This document shows, in pieces, positions 61,277 to 64,000 of a stretch of DNA of 64,000 bases (the first letter of the stretch is position 1; the number at the start of each line of letters is the position of its first letter). The translations under genes and the position numbers were made by a program. Under the pieces are notes generated by a model. That model was not told the DNA's origin, did not search any database, and saw only the letters and a list, made by a program, of their open reading frames with translations. The DNA is from an uncultured delta proteobacterium. GTDB taxonomy: Bacteria > Desulfobacterota > BSN033 > UBA1163. The stretch is from positions 96,001-160,000 of the forward strand of contig CAWHBU010000007.1 of the NCBI GenBank assembly GCA_963827685.1, read 5' to 3'.

Positions 61277-62890
61277 ATGAAAAAATTCATTGTTCTATGC
61301 TTAGCCGGGCTTCTAATTCTGGCGTTTAGCGCACCAGGATATGCCCAGGCACCAAAATTGGAATTCAAAGCATCAGGCTACATCGATACCCAAACGTTTA
61401 TTGGCGAAGGTGTTCCGCAATATAATAGCAACCCAGGCAATACAGACATTTGGGGCGTTGTTAATAAAAACTACGCTCTAACGAGCCCATCGGGAACCTA
61501 TGGCATAGGCTCTGCAGGTTGGAACAGGACCCAATCCAACTGGGAAGGCCGCGCCCACCTCAAATTCGATGCGGTGATGGGCCCGAATTTGAGCGGAACC
61601 ATCTACTTCGAGATAGATACTTACCGATGGGGCGCCCCAATGAATTCATATGGCGCATGGACGAGAGAGGCGAATAACTTTGGCTCGTGGACGACTGACC
61701 GGACTGCAATCGAGGTCAAGAACATCTATATCGATGTTGGCCTCCCCTATTTCGGAATCCCGGTACCCATAACGGTGAGGGTGGGCGCCCAGCCATTAGG
61801 CGTCCGGCCGAACATGTTAATGTATACGGATGGTACAGGGGTCACGGGTGGCATCAAGATTGACCCTGTGCTCATCGCTCCGATTTATGCCAAGGCCCTT
61901 GAAAACCTTGATTTTGCCGACGACGATGTGGATGTCTGGGGTCTCCATGCGAATGCCAAGATCAGAACTTTCACGGTAGGCGCCTACGGTCTCTGTTACA
62001 GGATGAACACCTATCCATTCTATGTGCAAGGCGCGACTGTCATCCCTGCTGGCGTAAGTGGCAACACTGGCTTAATTAACCAAGTCCCAGGGACCTTTAA
62101 ATCCCATATGTGGTGGTTGGGAGCTTATGTGGATGGGAAGGCAGGTCCGGTTAATTTCAATTACGACTTTGTGTATGACTATGGCTCGGTTGACGAGCGA
62201 CTATCCCCAAATGTCCACAATGTCAAATACGAGGGGTGGGCAACACGACTCAAAGCTGACTATCCATGGGAGAAGTTCAACTTCGGAGTGGTTGGCATGT
62301 ATGCTACGGGCGCTGATACCAGAAGGACCTCTTCCAGTGGCCTCCCAGGAAGTTTGACAGCCGGTCTTCCTGGTGCGGCTAGTGGGAGGCAGTCTACCAG
62401 AGTCACAAGCTATGTCATTCCGCCTGGTGCAGAACAGTCATCAGCTGACCAAGAGTCGATCGTTGTCTATGGCATGGAGAACGGAGCCAGCGGAGGCTAC
62501 GGTATTGCCCACATGATCAATTACGGACAAGTGAGTAGAGGCGGATTCGGTGGAACCTGGTTTGCCAAGCTCTATGGCAGTGCCAAGCTATTACCGTGGT
62601 ATAAGGTCACCCTCCAGGGACTTTATATTGGTGATACCACCGGAAACGGAAATACCCTCGGTAACGCTGTAAAGTATAAAGGTGCTTCATTGTTGAGGGA
62701 TGACAATTCTATTGGTTTTGAATTGGATTTGATGAATGATATACAGATTTACAACAACCTGAGGTTCTGGGTCGGTGCTGGGTACCTCTTTGCCGGGAAC
62801 GCACTGGATATAAATAATGCGGGGAGTGGTGTAAACCATTCAGCGGCGAACCCCTGGGCCATCAGGACAAGATTGGTCTACACCTTCTAA
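61277..62890 (+). CDS. Outer-membrane beta-barrel (porin-like) protein
   Basis: Signal peptide, alternating beta-strand pattern, C-terminal YTF. Confidence 0.75.
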   Translation: MKKFIVLCLAGLLILAFSAPGYAQAPKLEFKASGYIDTQTFIGEGVPQYNSNPGNTDIWGVVNKNYALTSPSGTYGIGSAGWNRTQSNWEGRAHLKFDAVMGPNLSGTIYFEIDTYRWGAPMNSYGAWTREANNFGSWTTDRTAIEVKNIYIDVGLPYFGIPVPITVRVGAQPLGVRPNMLMYTDGTGVTGGIKIDPVLIAPIYAKALENLDFADDDVDVWGLHANAKIRTFTVGAYGLCYRMNTYPFYVQGATVIPAGVSGNTGLINQVPGTFKSHMWWLGAYVDGKAGPVNFNYDFVYDYGSVDERLSPNVHNVKYEGWATRLKADYPWEKFNFGVVGMYATGADTRRTSSSGLPGSLTAGLPGAASGRQSTRVTSYVIPPGAEQSSADQESIVVYGMENGASGGYGIAHMINYGQVSRGGFGGTWFAKLYGSAKLLPWYKVTLQGLYIGDTTGNGNTLGNAVKYKGASLLRDDNSIGFELDLMNDIQIYNNLRFWVGAGYLFAGNALDINNAGSGVNHSAANPWAIRTRLVYTF

Positions 62891-63140
62891 CCCAATCGTA
62901 ACGAAAAAGGCGGCTTTTTCCGGCCCCTTTTTTTTGGCCTTGTAACCATTGTCATCCACACTCATGTGAATAATAAGGTCGTTGCCAAACTCAATAAGCT
63001 GGATCATAGTGGGCTTGGCATGACGAATGTATTATTATTTCATAATATGACGGTGTCGTGAAGTCCTGACTGGTTTCTATTCCAAGAACGTTGTGTGAAC
63101 CTATATCCGGATAAAGAAGAGGAGAAGGCATGAAGAGTCT

Positions 63141-63335
63141 TTCTTCCGAATGGCCGGGTGGGTGAGATTGAGTTGAAAGAGTCTTCCGGCTACGAAGTGC
63201 TTGATCAATCTGCTCTCGCCACGGTGAAAAAATGGAGATTTATTCCTGCCAGGAAGGGAAAGGTTGCAATCTCCTGCTGGGTAAACGTACCGATTACTTT
63301 TCAGCTCAAAGATATTTCCTTCTGAGATATTTGGT
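63141..63335 (+). repeat. Near-identical duplicate of the tonB 3' end (~60765-60969)
   Basis: About 185 bp with few substitutions, includes the stop codon, no in-frame start. Confidence 0.9.
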
Positions 63336-63448
63336 TCTTTCCAAGTGGTGGATCTGTGATTCCACGCCCAAAGACAGAAGCACTGCCTTACCGAATTGCT
63401 CTGTGGATTTCAATGTTTTCTATTTCGAAATCTATTTTTAGAAAATAG

Positions 63449-63484
63449 AACTCGGGGGGACGGAAGGTCCATCCCCCCGAGTTC
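63449..63484 (-). terminator. Terminator hairpin of the thiolase gene
   Basis: GAACTCGGGGGGA..TCCCCCCGAGTTC. Confidence 0.7.
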
Positions 63485-63489
63485 AGACG

Positions 63490-64000
63490 TTAACCAACCT
63501 TGAAGATCATGGCAGCAGCGGTATCACCGGCAGCACAACCGGTAAAGAGGCAATACCCCCCACCCAAGAGCACCATCTCCTCCAGCATCTCCATAATGAT
63601 CCGGCCCGCTGTCGGGGCCTGGGGATGCCCGTAGATCAGGGAGCAGCCATAGTTGTTCATCTTCATGACATCGATACCCATTTTCTTTGCAAAGTTGATG
63701 TCATTGGTGGCAAAGGGGTTGTGGGTCTTGATGGCCTTCATGTCCGTGATCTTAAGCCCGGCGTTGGCAAGGACCATTTCGGCGGCTGGCACGGGCGCAG
63801 CAGCCATGTAACCTGGCTTAACCCGAGCAAAGCCATAGGATAAAATTTTTATTTCTATCTTTGGATCGGCACTCAGTTCCTTGGCCCTGTCCCGGGTGGT
63901 TACGATGAAGCCGCAGTTACCGTCGGCGGGGAACGTCTGGGCCCCGAAGCTGTGGACACCACCCGGCTCAGCCGGTTTGAGCTTGGCCAGACCTTCAGCA
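63490..64000 (-). CDS. Thiolase family protein, 5' part outside the window
   Basis: HNPFA, YGHPQAPT and GCAAGD motifs; frame open to the window end. Confidence 0.85.
   Translation of the reverse strand, partial: AEGLAKLKPAEPGGVHSFGAQTFPADGNCGFIVTTRDRAKELSADPKIEIKILSYGFARVKPGYMAAAPVPAAEMVLANAGLKITDMKAIKTHNPFATNDINFAKKMGIDVMKMNNYGCSLIYGHPQAPTAGRIIMEMLEEMVLLGGGYCLFTGCAAGDTAAAMIFKVG

Noticed and set aside
63130-63165. Functional mini-TonB starting at ATG 63130
   Set aside because: The ATG is out of frame with the tonB duplicate and stops after 11 codons

Overview
Bacterial chromosomal window from an anaerobic diderm, probably Desulfobacterota/'Deltaproteobacteria' (inferred from gene content and repeat families). 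It holds about 55 CDS and no rRNA, tRNA or CRISPR array. Gene blocks: a protease/OYE/ferredoxin block, exeA-exeB, a variable cassette region (MBL hydrolase, lipase, thiolase, EcsC, HigA, SMR, peptidase, OLD nuclease) and a xanthine-dehydrogenase-family Mo-hydroxylase operon. These are followed by a peptidoglycan recycling operon (SpoIID-DUF559-AmpG-MurU-AmgK), gcdA, greA, an NhaD/ArsB-type transporter and a trehalose cluster. The last block is a tungstate ABC operon with an HTH-PBP regulator, divergent from a TonB-dependent uptake operon and a porin. The most notable signals are non-coding or architectural: (1) a Phe/Tyr leader-peptide attenuator with two terminators before an MBL-fold hydrolase; (2) three nhaA-I-like (Li+/Na+) riboswitch candidates, two of them in tandem, before a 41-aa membrane peptide; (3) a candidate W/Mo-regulated TonB system with an exported CxxCH/tetrapyrrole-methylase fusion protein; (4) a c-di-GMP-I riboswitch carrying a palindrome insertion; (5) nested palindromic repeats, with gene-containing (DUF559) and empty forms; (6) repeated gene-3'-end relics that suggest serial insertion. 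All family assignments come from visual motif recognition; no database search was run.
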